From a virus (Duplodnaviria; Caudoviricetes): a DNA stretch of 52,903 nucleotides. The notes below the pieces were generated by a model. The model worked only from the letters and a program-made list of their open reading frames with translations, was not told the DNA's origin and did not search any database. Where the stretch lies: IMG/VR virus record IMGVR_UViG_3300044610_000678, positions 1-52,903 of that record; one strand, 5' to 3'. Below, piece after piece: positions 1 through 10,315 of the stretch; position 1 is the first letter of the stretch; every line of letters starts with the position of its first letter. The position numbers and the translations under genes were made by a program.

Positions 1-1524
1 ATGAAAAAGAAGCCCGATAACACTCCTGCACTTCCCTCCCCTGCTGAAATTGTAGCTCACCTAGACAAGTTCGTTCGCGGCCAAGATCGAGCCAAGCAAG
101 ACATCGCCGTATCCGTCTACAACCATTACATCTCTCAGGTGTACCGAGACCTTCATGGAACGGACCTTGGGAGGTATCACATCCTAATGCTCGGACCTAC
201 CGGTTCAGGAAAGACTTTCATCGTAAAAACGCTTGCGGACTTTCTCGGAGTCCCCGTGAGCTTTGCCAGCGCTACATCTCTAGTGGAGGCCGGTTACAAA
301 GGACGTTCCGTCGATGATATCATCAAGTCGCTACTTGACCAAACCAAAGGCAATCCACGTCTAGCCGAACGGGGAATCCTATTCATCGATGAAATCGATA
401 AGATTCGCAGACAAGATGTTGGAGGACAACGAGACGTAAGCGGCGAAGGAGTACAAAACGCATTGCTTACGTTGCTCGATGGCAGAATTGCAGATAATGT
501 CGATAGTGTCAAACACGAGCCCGTAGATTCATCGAGAATCCTCTTTGTCTGTACCGGGGCGTTTGTAGGTTTGCAAGAAATCGTCGAACGAAGACTTGGA
601 GCGAAAGATCATGCTGCAATTGGCTTTTCCAAGCGAGAGCACGAGGAAGTCGAAAAGGTCCCAGACCAGCCGATCTACCATGCATTGTGTAGCGCAGTGA
701 CTACCGACCTTGTTCAGTTCGGCATGATCCCTGAATTCATAGGACGTTTCGCCACAATTACAGCACTTCACGAACTTGGACGAAGCGACCTTCGAGCGAT
801 CGTCAGTGACAGCACCCAAGGATCCGCACTGGACAAGCAGAAGAAACTCGCAGAAGTCCACGGCATCGAATTGGAAATCACCGACGATGCTTTGGATGCA
901 ATTGCAGATGAGGCTATGCGTCTGGGTACCGGCGCACGCGGACTCCACAGGCTTATCGGTCGAGCTGTTGACTCGGTGGATCACCGCTGGGTGGAGCTAG
1001 CAGACCAAGGGGTTACCCGTGTTGTTATAAACCGCCAAGCCGCACTTGGAAAAGCCGAACCGATTCTGGAGAAAACAAAACGAAAGCATGTCAGAATTGA
1101 TCTCGAAATGCGGCAAGAAGCCATGGCATCGATGCCCAGGCCCCCGGCTGCTGTTGGCTCGACAACCGCTCAAAAAGCATCAAACGAGGTTGCCCCCGGG
1201 ATCACCAACACGGCGGGTTGGACCGCCGAGCAGATCGATGAGCTCTTGCAGGAAGTCAAGAATGAATTGGACTGGGATAACACGACCGGTAGCGCAAGAA
1301 AATGGTGGCAAACCTTCGAGGAAGAAAACAAAACTCGCACACCGCTTGTGCTTAGACTGGCAGAGGAGCTGCGGAACCGAAAAGCCACAATCACCGAGTT
1401 CTTTCTGGCTTACGTTTACAGCAACACCGACAACATTCAGGCAAATTTGCATTACCTCGATTATGTCCGAATCAAGCGCGAAGACGAGCGAAAGAAGAAA
1501 GGACCCTCTGGCGATAAGGGGTGA
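1..1524 (+). CDS. ClpX-like AAA+ ATPase paralogue, lacking the N-terminal C4 zinc finger and carrying a C-terminal extension
   Basis: Has LDKFVRGQDRAK, Walker A GPTGSGKT, Walker B ILFIDEIDKI, RDVSGEGVQNALL, an IGF loop (AAIGFS), PEFIGRF and GARGL. The pore loop reads GYKG instead of GYVG, and there are about 150 extra C-terminal residues. Confidence 0.9.
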   Translation: MKKKPDNTPALPSPAEIVAHLDKFVRGQDRAKQDIAVSVYNHYISQVYRDLHGTDLGRYHILMLGPTGSGKTFIVKTLADFLGVPVSFASATSLVEAGYKGRSVDDIIKSLLDQTKGNPRLAERGILFIDEIDKIRRQDVGGQRDVSGEGVQNALLTLLDGRIADNVDSVKHEPVDSSRILFVCTGAFVGLQEIVERRLGAKDHAAIGFSKREHEEVEKVPDQPIYHALCSAVTTDLVQFGMIPEFIGRFATITALHELGRSDLRAIVSDSTQGSALDKQKKLAEVHGIELEITDDALDAIADEAMRLGTGARGLHRLIGRAVDSVDHRWVELADQGVTRVVINRQAALGKAEPILEKTKRKHVRIDLEMRQEAMASMPRPPAAVGSTTAQKASNEVAPGITNTAGWTAEQIDELLQEVKNELDWDNTTGSARKWWQTFEEENKTRTPLVLRLAEELRNRKATITEFFLAYVYSNTDNIQANLHYLDYVRIKREDERKKKGPSGDKG

Positions 1525-1819
1525 TGTAGTCCTGATAAGATGGTCACATTTGGGTTTCGATTATATTGGCATTTTTGCGACTTTGTTTGGTGCCTAATGG
1601 CAAAATATGGGTTCACTTTGATTTGCCCACCTCCGGTTTGAGGGACTGCATAGTGTCAAGGAAGTGAAGATAATTTGCAAAAAAAATTGTTGAATAACCA
1701 ATAACGCGTAACTACCATCTGGTACTTGTTACCAGCTTAAAAGTTCCTGGTTTACGCACTGATTTAGTTAGATCCGTCGATTATGATCGTAGAATCTTTA
1801 GTTTTCCGAAGAGAGTCTG

Positions 1820-4246
1820 ATGCCCGCTGGAATCCCACCCCATGATCTGAGATCCCCTTTTCTTATGGGGATTTGGTGTAGTGAATACCTCTCCTTTGAT
1901 ACTACAGAGGCAAAGCAACTGGAAAGCGAGCTTTGCGCGACGTTTCATGGAGTCCTGAAGTGGGCGTTTCTGTCGACCGACGCTGGATTTTTGTGCCCAG
2001 AAAAACGTATTTTTATTCATGGGAAAACAACGCCTCGAAGCGAGTACGATAAGCACGGTAGAATGACACTTTACAACGAATGCTGGAAGCCTCTAGCCAT
2101 TCACGCGACACCTTTGGTTCTTCTCACCTCGTTGAAACCGGGACTAGACTCGCACTTTGTTAGAGAAGCAATCGAATTCAAGAGGTTGAACCCATATTGG
2201 CCGTTAACGATTAAAATGGTTTTACCCTACGACGATAAGGATAAATATCTGCGATGTGGTATCTTTGATTCAGCTCAAAAAATTCAGGACTTCAATCGAC
2301 TTTACGAAGCTATCACTAAGGAAGTGGCGAATCTTGAAGAGGTTGTCATACCCGTGCCATTGGATAATGACTGGTGTCGAAAGAACTCCCCTTCGGAGGT
2401 CGACGTTGATCTATTAAATAAGATAAAGGGCGAGCGGAAATTATCCCAGACGGTCGAATCTCTAGAGCTTGGGCTTAGGCTCAGAGCGACAGGTGAATAT
2501 ATCGCTGCATTCTCAGATCTTTTGGTTGCGTGTTATGACCCACCATACGAGCATGGAAGATCCGACCCGGAAAATGTCTTTGACTACTCGGTTGGTTCGG
2601 TGGTAGAGGCCAAGAGAAGTGGGCTATCGTGGGAGTTAATCGCACTTACAAACAATTTCACTTGGGCGGATAATGGGCCTGTGTTGCAGATTCGTTTCGA
2701 ACGCAATAAGTGCAAAAGTGGTCTGGTACAACCGTCACAAAATCCAGACCAAAGGCTACGGTTTCTACATCCATATGAAACAAAACCAAAAGCTAATTTC
2801 GCACCCGTGCAAAGTCAATTAATCGAAGCTGCATGGCAAGCAGCAGGAGATTCGATCTTTAGACGCATTCTGATGTTGCAGGATGAATTCAACACTCTGC
2901 CGGAAAATCCAAAGGAGCGGACTGAAGTAAGTCGGATGTTTCCTATGGCAACTGTCGAATCAAGTGCGATAGCTAGGAAAATGCTCCAAGGATTAGGGAA
3001 AGCAGCGAGTATTCGTCGACGGGCAGCGGATGTCTCTATCGCACTTACGAAAAAGCGAGAAGGCATGCTTAAGCGGCTAGTAATACTGATTGGGTTCGCA
3101 GCGATTTGCTTAGGTTGTTACGAGCACTGGCATTCTCAGAATCACGACACTCTTCTCGACAATTGGATCAAACTTCTTTTGTTGTTCGGAGTCGTTGGAT
3201 GCGTGTCTGCCGCTGCTTTTACCTATAGTTTATACGCAAGATCCAAAAAGGAGGAAAAGCGGTTTGACTACCGTGCAATTGGCGAGGCGCTTCGGATTCA
3301 GATCTACTGGGCAATTTCTGGGCTAGAAAGATCGGTAGCATCTGATTATTTGCAGCGGCATCGAGACGAGTTGGATTGGATACGTTATATCGTATCCGGA
3401 GCTAGCTTTCCTTTCCGGAGGTGGAAATTGCATTTTCTTGACTTGAATCGCTCAGACCAATGGTGCATGCTCGAAGGGGTTCGGCAGGCTTGGGTTCAGG
3501 TTCAAGAGGAGTACTTTGAAAAGAATGTTAAGAAGCTGGAAGCCAAGCACCATTTTTGGCACAAGATGGCTTGGTCATTTGCGTTTGCTGGATTAATACA
3601 ACCGGTTTTTATGTTAGGGCAGCACTTGTCTGAATGGCTACACTTAGAGGGTGTGAAAGCCGCTTTATGGTACATGCAGTTAGCTGTTGGAAGTGTAGGG
3701 TTGCCATCGGTCGTTACCTGGGCTTTCGGGCGTAATGAGCAGGAGAGCCATGTCGATCATCAGCAAGTACAAGGCACGTACGAAGTCACCTTGCTTCAAT
3801 GGTTGCACAAGCGACTAGACGTGATCGGTGTAGGCTTATTCATCAGCGGGATACTCGGTTTGTTGTATACGTTACTTCCAAAGCTTCCAGGGGTAGGAGA
3901 ATACTTGCCAGGCGAACATGACTGGTGGATTATTCTCAATGGTGTAATTCTTCTGATTGGTGCTCTCTCTCTGGCTTGGACAGAAAGGAACTTCCATACT
4001 GAAGAGCATCGAAACTTCTCGTCAATGCGTATGCTGTACCACTCTGCGAATCTCAGACTTCAGGATATTCTCATTCAGATGTCTCCATTGAAAGACGACC
4101 AAACGCTGAGAAATACAGACTGGGAACGCCTCAGATTGGAGGCACAGGACATTCTGTACAATCTAGGTTGTGAGCATCTGAGCGAGAATGCTGATTGGCT
4201 AATCTACCACCGAGCAAGACCTTTAGAGCCATTTATGGCTGGCTAG
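1820..4246 (+). CDS. SLOG-like domain plus SLATT-like multi-pass membrane protein (paralogue of 28845..31643)
   Basis: Has VLLTSLKPGLD and RATGEYIAAFSDLLVACYD, pairs of hydrophobic helices, and RFDYRAIGEALRIQIYW. The C-terminus HRARPLEPFMAG is identical to that of the paralogue. Confidence 0.65.
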   Translation: MPAGIPPHDLRSPFLMGIWCSEYLSFDTTEAKQLESELCATFHGVLKWAFLSTDAGFLCPEKRIFIHGKTTPRSEYDKHGRMTLYNECWKPLAIHATPLVLLTSLKPGLDSHFVREAIEFKRLNPYWPLTIKMVLPYDDKDKYLRCGIFDSAQKIQDFNRLYEAITKEVANLEEVVIPVPLDNDWCRKNSPSEVDVDLLNKIKGERKLSQTVESLELGLRLRATGEYIAAFSDLLVACYDPPYEHGRSDPENVFDYSVGSVVEAKRSGLSWELIALTNNFTWADNGPVLQIRFERNKCKSGLVQPSQNPDQRLRFLHPYETKPKANFAPVQSQLIEAAWQAAGDSIFRRILMLQDEFNTLPENPKERTEVSRMFPMATVESSAIARKMLQGLGKAASIRRRAADVSIALTKKREGMLKRLVILIGFAAICLGCYEHWHSQNHDTLLDNWIKLLLLFGVVGCVSAAAFTYSLYARSKKEEKRFDYRAIGEALRIQIYWAISGLERSVASDYLQRHRDELDWIRYIVSGASFPFRRWKLHFLDLNRSDQWCMLEGVRQAWVQVQEEYFEKNVKKLEAKHHFWHKMAWSFAFAGLIQPVFMLGQHLSEWLHLEGVKAALWYMQLAVGSVGLPSVVTWAFGRNEQESHVDHQQVQGTYEVTLLQWLHKRLDVIGVGLFISGILGLLYTLLPKLPGVGEYLPGEHDWWIILNGVILLIGALSLAWTERNFHTEEHRNFSSMRMLYHSANLRLQDILIQMSPLKDDQTLRNTDWERLRLEAQDILYNLGCEHLSENADWLIYHRARPLEPFMAG

Positions 4247-4304
4247 CGAACATTTTCAAACGTATTATCCACTTCTGATTCGATTGCGGAGGAACCTCGC
4301 GAGC

Positions 4305-4321
4305 ACAGTTGTATAAACTGT
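4305..4321. promoter_or_regulatory. Intergenic palindrome ACAGTT-N5-AACTGT, possible operator
   Basis: Perfect 6-bp inverted repeat in the gap before the phage-like genes; no functional evidence. Confidence 0.25.
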
Positions 4322-4440
4322 TGCTTTCGCTCCGACATACACCGATTTTTCTTCCAATCTCTCGCTAAACCACCCCATCAATCCGGCCTTTGTTTACGCA
4401 GGTTCTCGCTTCAAGTCCCCGTAAACAAAGAGGCAAAGCC

Positions 4441-4920
4441 ATGGGCAATCCATGGGTAAATCCGGTTTGCTCCCACATTATCAAAGGCGATCCCAAAGAC
4501 GGGGTCGTCGTAATTCTCACCCTAGGCCAAGCATCCATAAGTCTTTGGCTCGAAGACCATCGGGATGTCTTCACCGAGGAGTTTTACCGCTGGTACCAAT
4601 CTGCCACGATGATGCTCTTCAGGGTAGCCATCGCCAAGCCGCACTACCGCTTTCCCCAACTGGAAATCCATAAGGCCCGAAATCTCTTTCACGACGGAAG
4701 CCCAAACACCAAGGTTCGATTCGTTGGAAACTACTGCCGAAAGGACACCATCGGTGACTATGGACACATAGGACATCTATTCACTGTCCGAGGGCTAGGT
4801 GGTACCAAGGCGATCCTATGGGACAAAAAAGGATCCCATACGCTCTTGGCCGTTCTACCGGTTCGAGACGAATACGAGATGTTCGACCGGATTTTCTTAC
4901 CGTTCGCTGCCTCGAAGTGA
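4441..4920 (+). CDS. Hypothetical protein
   Basis: The ORF fills the gap before the portal. The ATG at 4441 follows AGAGG and is preferred over the upstream start at 4390. Confidence 0.6.
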   Translation: MGNPWVNPVCSHIIKGDPKDGVVVILTLGQASISLWLEDHRDVFTEEFYRWYQSATMMLFRVAIAKPHYRFPQLEIHKARNLFHDGSPNTKVRFVGNYCRKDTIGDYGHIGHLFTVRGLGGTKAILWDKKGSHTLLAVLPVRDEYEMFDRIFLPFAASK

Positions 4921-5015
4921 CTGTAGGAAGCTAACTCTCCACAGACGCGAGCGCGCGGCGGATTTCGGTTTCAAACCCAAATACGCTAGTCTCGGGCGCA
5001 TAAGGAAACCCACCG

Positions 5016-7280
5016 ATGCGCAATTACCGAGAAGTTGAAAACCTCTACGACCAGCTTGAGGCGATCTTAAGCACTCTGCAACTTGGAGACGTTTCGAGCG
5101 ACCACAGAGCCGAACTAGAAGGTTTTCGAGGATGGAACTACGTTGCCATCAGTGCCGTTGCCAAGCAAGCAACAAGGTCGCTGATCTACGTCTATGACGA
5201 TGTCGACCCAAGCCAGAAGGCCTTTCGCAAATCGATGCGACTTACGCATGGAAGCCAGTGGCGAAAAGCAGTCGTGCGAGAACACCAAGGACAGATCCTC
5301 GATTCTTTGCATCCGCTTGTGAGACTATTGCACCGCCCCAACCCTTACCAAAGCGGCGGTAGCTTCCGCTGGGAGCAGCTTCAGCAGTTACGACTCCATG
5401 GATCCTGCATTGTCTTTAACCGTCCCAACATTGCCAGAACACGCACGGTCCAGCGTTACGTCGTTCCCTTGGCCCTCATCACCCCCATCAAACCCTCGAT
5501 CGCAAGGGGAATGCCAAGAGGAGGCATTACAATCCATCCGAGTTCTGCGACGGTTCCTAGTGAAGCGATGCTGGCAGAGGGATGGGGCAACGGCCTTCAG
5601 CAATTCTTCGGCGTAGAGATTCCCGTCGAAATGCTCACCATCATCAAGTACCCCCATCCGTATCTGCGAGGCGACGGGGCATCACCTACCGGAGCAGCAA
5701 GCCACTGGATTGATGCAGGATCGATGATCGATGCATCGCGAGCCAAGTTCTACGCCGAGGGTCCCAACGGAAAGATGCTTATCTCTGCCGATGTGGATTC
5801 CCCCTCTCAGGTTCAGGAACTCGAAGAGAGACTCTCACGGCGACTTGCCGAAGACGGTCCTCGGGTAACGATCATCGGAAATGGCGCGACGATAGCCACC
5901 AAGCGAACTGCCGATGAAATGGCCTACGACGTCGGGCACGATCAAATGCGTGATGCGGTGCTTGCTTCCCACGGAGTTCCGAAGGCCATGGTAGGCCATC
6001 AGGACGGAATGACTTACTCGAGCCTAGCTGCCTCATTGCTTGGCGCGACAATGCTCTCGATCCAGCCGGACATGGATCTGATTGCCGATGAAGAAACCGT
6101 TGCCATCGGCAAAGAGTATGGCCCAACGATCTCGATCGAATACGAAGTCCCAGCCATCAACGATCCTGAACTCGAAGAGCGAAGACTCGCCCAAGATGCG
6201 CAGCTCGGGGTAATCACCGTTGGAGAGTACCGACAAAAACGAGGCGAAAAACCCTTTGGCACTCCCTACGACCATTGGCTCCTAACAGCCCGAGGCCCAG
6301 TGGATCCAGCAAGCCTAGTCCAACAGGCCGGGGCCCCAAAACTCGATTTGCCAGGGCAACTGCCACCCTGGGAAGACCAACCTGTTTTGCTACCCTCTAG
6401 GCCCCAAGGATCCCCTAGCGATCTTGGCCAATTCCCACAGGAGCAAGGAGGACTCGCAAGCAAAGCGATGGTAAGCAAATCTGCAAGCCAGCATCCTTAT
6501 GAGCAAGAAACGATCCTCGTGGATGAAACGCTTCTTGAAGTGCTTCAGGCTGGCTGGATCGAGATTGTTCGGAAGGCTGGTTACAGACTCGCAGGACTTT
6601 TTCAAGAAGAACATCTTGGAGCTGGAGTCGTGTGGGACTGGTCAATCGGGCCAGAGGTTGAAAGCTTACTGAAGCACTTACCTCCAAGCCATTCGCGTAA
6701 GAGGCTCCAGGAAGGCCTCCTTTCCTGTGGGAACACAGGTAATAGAACTTCAGACGGATCAGGCTCGATCGAGTTTTGCTTACCTAAGGAGGCAAGCACG
6801 CTTCTTTCAAGAGAGCTTCAGAAAGCCTCGGGATTAACCACCGCCGAATTAGACCTATTGAAGGACCGATACGCGATTAGAGTCATGGAAGGGATCTTGG
6901 GCATTTCTACCGAGGAGGTAGTTCGAGCCGTTTGCCGTATCGAGGCTCCTTACGTGAGTTATCGAGACGCGAGTGTTTCAAAAGGCACAGAGTCCGATTC
7001 AGGGCTTCGCGTCGAAGTGGTTTCCCAAGACCTCGAAGGAATTCATAGGTACTTGGCACGAAACCTGCCTCACCGCCGTCGGAAAGAGAAAGGATTTTCG
7101 ATCGATCTGGGGAGTGTTTTTTCAAGTACTCAGGCCGGAGAAATCCTACAAAAGGGCCTTAGTCTAGCTGGCAGGGGGTTTTTATTGCCAACTGCGGTTG
7201 TAAGAATGCCAGGAGAGCCTGCTGTGATCGTACCGCTTCGTCCTCCACCATCGGTCGGTAGCATCGACAAGGGAGCATAG
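5016..7280 (+). CDS. Phage portal protein (HK97-like) with a long C-terminal extension
   Basis: Has HPLVRLLHRPNPY, IIKYPHP..RGDGASP, RDAVLASHGVPKAMVG and GVITVGEYRQKRGEKP, then a Pro-rich linker and about 270 extra residues. Confidence 0.88.
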   Translation: MRNYREVENLYDQLEAILSTLQLGDVSSDHRAELEGFRGWNYVAISAVAKQATRSLIYVYDDVDPSQKAFRKSMRLTHGSQWRKAVVREHQGQILDSLHPLVRLLHRPNPYQSGGSFRWEQLQQLRLHGSCIVFNRPNIARTRTVQRYVVPLALITPIKPSIARGMPRGGITIHPSSATVPSEAMLAEGWGNGLQQFFGVEIPVEMLTIIKYPHPYLRGDGASPTGAASHWIDAGSMIDASRAKFYAEGPNGKMLISADVDSPSQVQELEERLSRRLAEDGPRVTIIGNGATIATKRTADEMAYDVGHDQMRDAVLASHGVPKAMVGHQDGMTYSSLAASLLGATMLSIQPDMDLIADEETVAIGKEYGPTISIEYEVPAINDPELEERRLAQDAQLGVITVGEYRQKRGEKPFGTPYDHWLLTARGPVDPASLVQQAGAPKLDLPGQLPPWEDQPVLLPSRPQGSPSDLGQFPQEQGGLASKAMVSKSASQHPYEQETILVDETLLEVLQAGWIEIVRKAGYRLAGLFQEEHLGAGVVWDWSIGPEVESLLKHLPPSHSRKRLQEGLLSCGNTGNRTSDGSGSIEFCLPKEASTLLSRELQKASGLTTAELDLLKDRYAIRVMEGILGISTEEVVRAVCRIEAPYVSYRDASVSKGTESDSGLRVEVVSQDLEGIHRYLARNLPHRRRKEKGFSIDLGSVFSSTQAGEILQKGLSLAGRGFLLPTAVVRMPGEPAVIVPLRPPPSVGSIDKGA

Positions 7281-7398
7281 CCTTGCCCTGCATAGCCTTG
7301 CAAATCCGTTGTGCTAGAGGGCCTATTTGAATGTCGAGGTTGCAAGTGCAACCCAAAGCTCAAAGGTCTTTGAAAACTCTCTAGGAGTCCATTCTACG

Positions 7399-8385
7399 AT
7401 GGCACACAACATTCGCGAGCACGATTCGATGATTTCAGTAGGTCAGCGCCCATGGCATGGCCTTGGTGTAACCTTGGATGAGCCCCCAAAGGACGGCCAA
7501 GAAGCCCTCAGGCTTGCAAACCTCGATTGGCGAGTGACCAAGGTTCCGATGTACCTGTCCGACGGCAGACAAGTTCGCATCAGCGGCGGAGCAAGCCGGA
7601 AGAACGACGGCCACTATGGAACGATTTTGCGCGAGGACACAAGCGAGCAGCTCGGCGTGGTTGGCCCAGGGTACACCCCCTACCAAAACCAGCAAATGGC
7701 AAAGCTTTTCGATCCGCTGATCGCCGATGGAACCGTTCGCATTGAAACCTGTGGATCCTTGTTCAACGGTCGACGAGTCTGGATGCTCGCCAAATTCCGA
7801 AGCGGAGAGTCCCAGATTTCCACTTCCGAAGACACGGTCGCTCGGTATTTGATGCTTGCCCACGGACACGACGGAACCCTGGCCGTTCGCTTTGGTTTCA
7901 CGTTCATTCGCGTTGTGTGCTGGAACACCATGTCGCTTGCCATGACCGACAACCGAAGCAAGCTCATCCGCTGTTTGCATACGAGCAACCTCGAGCGGAA
8001 CTTAGAGACCCTCCGAGATGCGATCGATGCGAGCCAAAGCGTCTTTGAACTCACTGCGGATGATTACCGTCGACTGGCAAGTCGCGGAGTTAGCCGAGTG
8101 GATCTGCGGGAGTACGCTAGGATTCTCGTCGAAGCGCCCAAAGAGGAATCCGATTGGACTGCCCAGCAGCGCCGTAAAGTCGGTCAAATCGTCGGTGCGG
8201 CCATGGAAGGAATCGGCAACAAGGGTCGCACTTGGTGGGATGCCTACAATGGGGCCACCGAGTACCTGACCTGGACGGCAGGTCGACGGCGCGAGAATCG
8301 CCTCGATAGCCTTTGGTTTGGCAGCAACGCCGATGTGAACCAAAAAGCGCTGGGCCTTGCCCTGGAAATGTCGGTGGCTTCCTAA
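7399..8385 (+). CDS. DUF932/DUF945-family phage/plasmid protein
   Basis: Starts MAHNI and has PWHGLG, LDWRV, YTPYQN, ETCGSLFNGRRVW, HGHDG, IRVVCWNT and TWWDAYNGATEY. GGAG lies upstream of ATG 7399. Confidence 0.9.
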   Translation: MAHNIREHDSMISVGQRPWHGLGVTLDEPPKDGQEALRLANLDWRVTKVPMYLSDGRQVRISGGASRKNDGHYGTILREDTSEQLGVVGPGYTPYQNQQMAKLFDPLIADGTVRIETCGSLFNGRRVWMLAKFRSGESQISTSEDTVARYLMLAHGHDGTLAVRFGFTFIRVVCWNTMSLAMTDNRSKLIRCLHTSNLERNLETLRDAIDASQSVFELTADDYRRLASRGVSRVDLREYARILVEAPKEESDWTAQQRRKVGQIVGAAMEGIGNKGRTWWDAYNGATEYLTWTAGRRRENRLDSLWFGSNADVNQKALGLALEMSVAS

Positions 8386-8561
8386 GGCGAATTAGTCTTG
8401 CCGTCTTCGACCCAAACCTCTGGGGCACAACCAGCGCCCCAGAGGTTTACAGCGTCCAAGGCCAGAAATGCCAACTAGAAAAGAAATTTTCTCTGCGAGA
8501 GCAGACAGGTTGTGTTATTATCTCTAACCCTAGAAGTTCGCATCATTGAAGAGACACTCCC

Positions 8562-9113
8562 ATGCAAGACACGGTATTTCTTGAAGCTAAGCAGGGATCA
8601 GCCCGAGCACTCAATCAGCTTTTGATCTTATCTGGCGGCCACGTCCACACCGTTGTGGCTCGGTTCCTTGGCAACCATTTTTATCCGAAGCTGGAAATCG
8701 AGGACATCGTTCAAGATGTTTTGCTTAAAGTCGCAACAGATGTTTCCTCTTGCAACGCCCAGAACTTCAAGGCTTACCTAGGCTGGCTCTCATACGTTGC
8801 TCGAAACGAAACTTACAAGCAGATCGAACGTCTCAAAGCCATCAAGCGCAAGCCCGACCGAGCCCAAGGACTACCCTCGATCGTTAGCGCCGCACTCTAC
8901 CATCCGTCTGCCGAAGCAACGCTTGTTGCCACCGAGACTAAAACTCAGATCCTTCGTACGGCATCTAGCATCAGTCCACTTACCTACGAAGTAGCCTTGC
9001 GGCTGATGGATGGAATGCGCCCCGGCCAAATCGCTTCGGAACTGCATGTGGAAGTCAGCGCTATCTACAAAGTCCTAAAAACCTTCAAGGCCGCTGTCAG
9101 ACAGTCCGTTTAA
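8562..9113 (+). CDS. ECF-type sigma-70 family factor
   Basis: Region-2 features AKQGSARALNQLL, EDIVQDVLLKV and YLGWLSYVARN; C-terminal HTH GMRPGQIASELHVEVSAIYK. Confidence 0.8.
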   Translation: MQDTVFLEAKQGSARALNQLLILSGGHVHTVVARFLGNHFYPKLEIEDIVQDVLLKVATDVSSCNAQNFKAYLGWLSYVARNETYKQIERLKAIKRKPDRAQGLPSIVSAALYHPSAEATLVATETKTQILRTASSISPLTYEVALRLMDGMRPGQIASELHVEVSAIYKVLKTFKAAVRQSV

Positions 9114-9153
9114 AGTCGCAACATTTGTTTCCCGAAGGCGCAGGAGCCAAGGC

Positions 9154-9693
9154 ATGATCGATTCCTCTGTCCATTACCAAGACGCCTTAGGGGCTAGTTC
9201 CCTGAGTTTTTGGAGAGTTTGCTCGCGGTCAACCCAGTACAAGCTTCAAGTCGAGCAAGACCGCCAATCATGGCAACGCGAGCAGCCCAAATGCTGCATG
9301 TACTGTAGAGAGAATCCTCGCTGGCCTGAATTGCAAATCCATGAGATCGAACGAAAGTCCCAAGCACCTTTGTCGTGGGCAAGTCGGAGTAACTACCTGC
9401 TTCTTTGCCAATCTTGTCACGCAGACGTCTTTGCAACGATGCCTCACGCAAAGCAATTGGCGCTGAAGTACCTGTGTGACCCAAAGCATTACAACCTTTC
9501 AGAGTGGCTAAGGATCAAAGACCCCAAAGGCCGTGCTCCGAATCGAGTCACTCAAGAGGAAGTCGATCGATATGCACAAGAGCTACTGCTTCTTCCGGTC
9601 TTAGCCCAGTCATTGTCGACCGTAAGCCAAACCGTTTGCTCAAAGAGCCTAGTAACAAATAGTCACCCAACCAAAAGGAAAGACGATGAGTAA
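9154..9693 (+). CDS. HNH-like zinc-binding endonuclease
   Basis: CMYC...LQIHEI...SNYLLLCQSCH pattern. Confidence 0.7.
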   Translation: MIDSSVHYQDALGASSLSFWRVCSRSTQYKLQVEQDRQSWQREQPKCCMYCRENPRWPELQIHEIERKSQAPLSWASRSNYLLLCQSCHADVFATMPHAKQLALKYLCDPKHYNLSEWLRIKDPKGRAPNRVTQEEVDRYAQELLLLPVLAQSLSTVSQTVCSKSLVTNSHPTKRKDDE

Positions 9694-10315
9694 GCGTTGC
9701 AACAAAAAGAATTCCGATCCTCGGCAAATAGCCAAGCCCCTTGTTTCCCTTATGCAACTGTGCGCTCTGCTTGATACCTACGTCGACACCGAAGATTGGG
9801 AGCCGATCGACAAACAGCGTATCGCAGCGGCATGGAGAATCCTTAACCGAAAAGGGATCACCGCAGCCATGGTTCAAAAGAGCATCCAGTTTGAAGATGG
9901 CCCGCACGAGCGTCCGACGGCTAAGTCCCATCCGGGCCCATGGCATGTAGAGGGTAATGAAATACGCTGCGAACCTGACGATGAGGACGGGGGAATGGTG
10001 ATCTGCGAAATGATCAGTTCCAGATCCATCGGAGAAACGCATGCCAATGGTCTTTTGATCCGAAGCGCTCCCGAGCTGCGCACGATCCTCGAAGAGATTA
10101 CTTCGACTCGCTCGGATATCCCCAGGATCGGACTTTCGCTCATATCGCTCGATGTCATCGAGAAGGCCCAGGAACTCATAGACTCTATGAATCGCTCGCC
10201 AATCCATGCGGGGAATCGGCCTAGTGAATTGTCGCAGCATTCCTGCGAAGAAATTCCCATCCCGAGCAAGCAAGAAAGTCCCTTGTCATGTCTACCGTCG
10301 AGCTTAAATCCGTAG
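9686..10315 (+). CDS. Hypothetical phage protein (PGPW...ANxxLIxxAPEL family)
   Basis: HPGPWHV...ANGLLIRSAPELR is a motif common in small phage proteins; the ORF overlaps both neighbours. Confidence 0.65.
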   Translation: MSKRCNKKNSDPRQIAKPLVSLMQLCALLDTYVDTEDWEPIDKQRIAAAWRILNRKGITAAMVQKSIQFEDGPHERPTAKSHPGPWHVEGNEIRCEPDDEDGGMVICEMISSRSIGETHANGLLIRSAPELRTILEEITSTRSDIPRIGLSLISLDVIEKAQELIDSMNRSPIHAGNRPSELSQHSCEEIPIPSKQESPLSCLPSSLNP

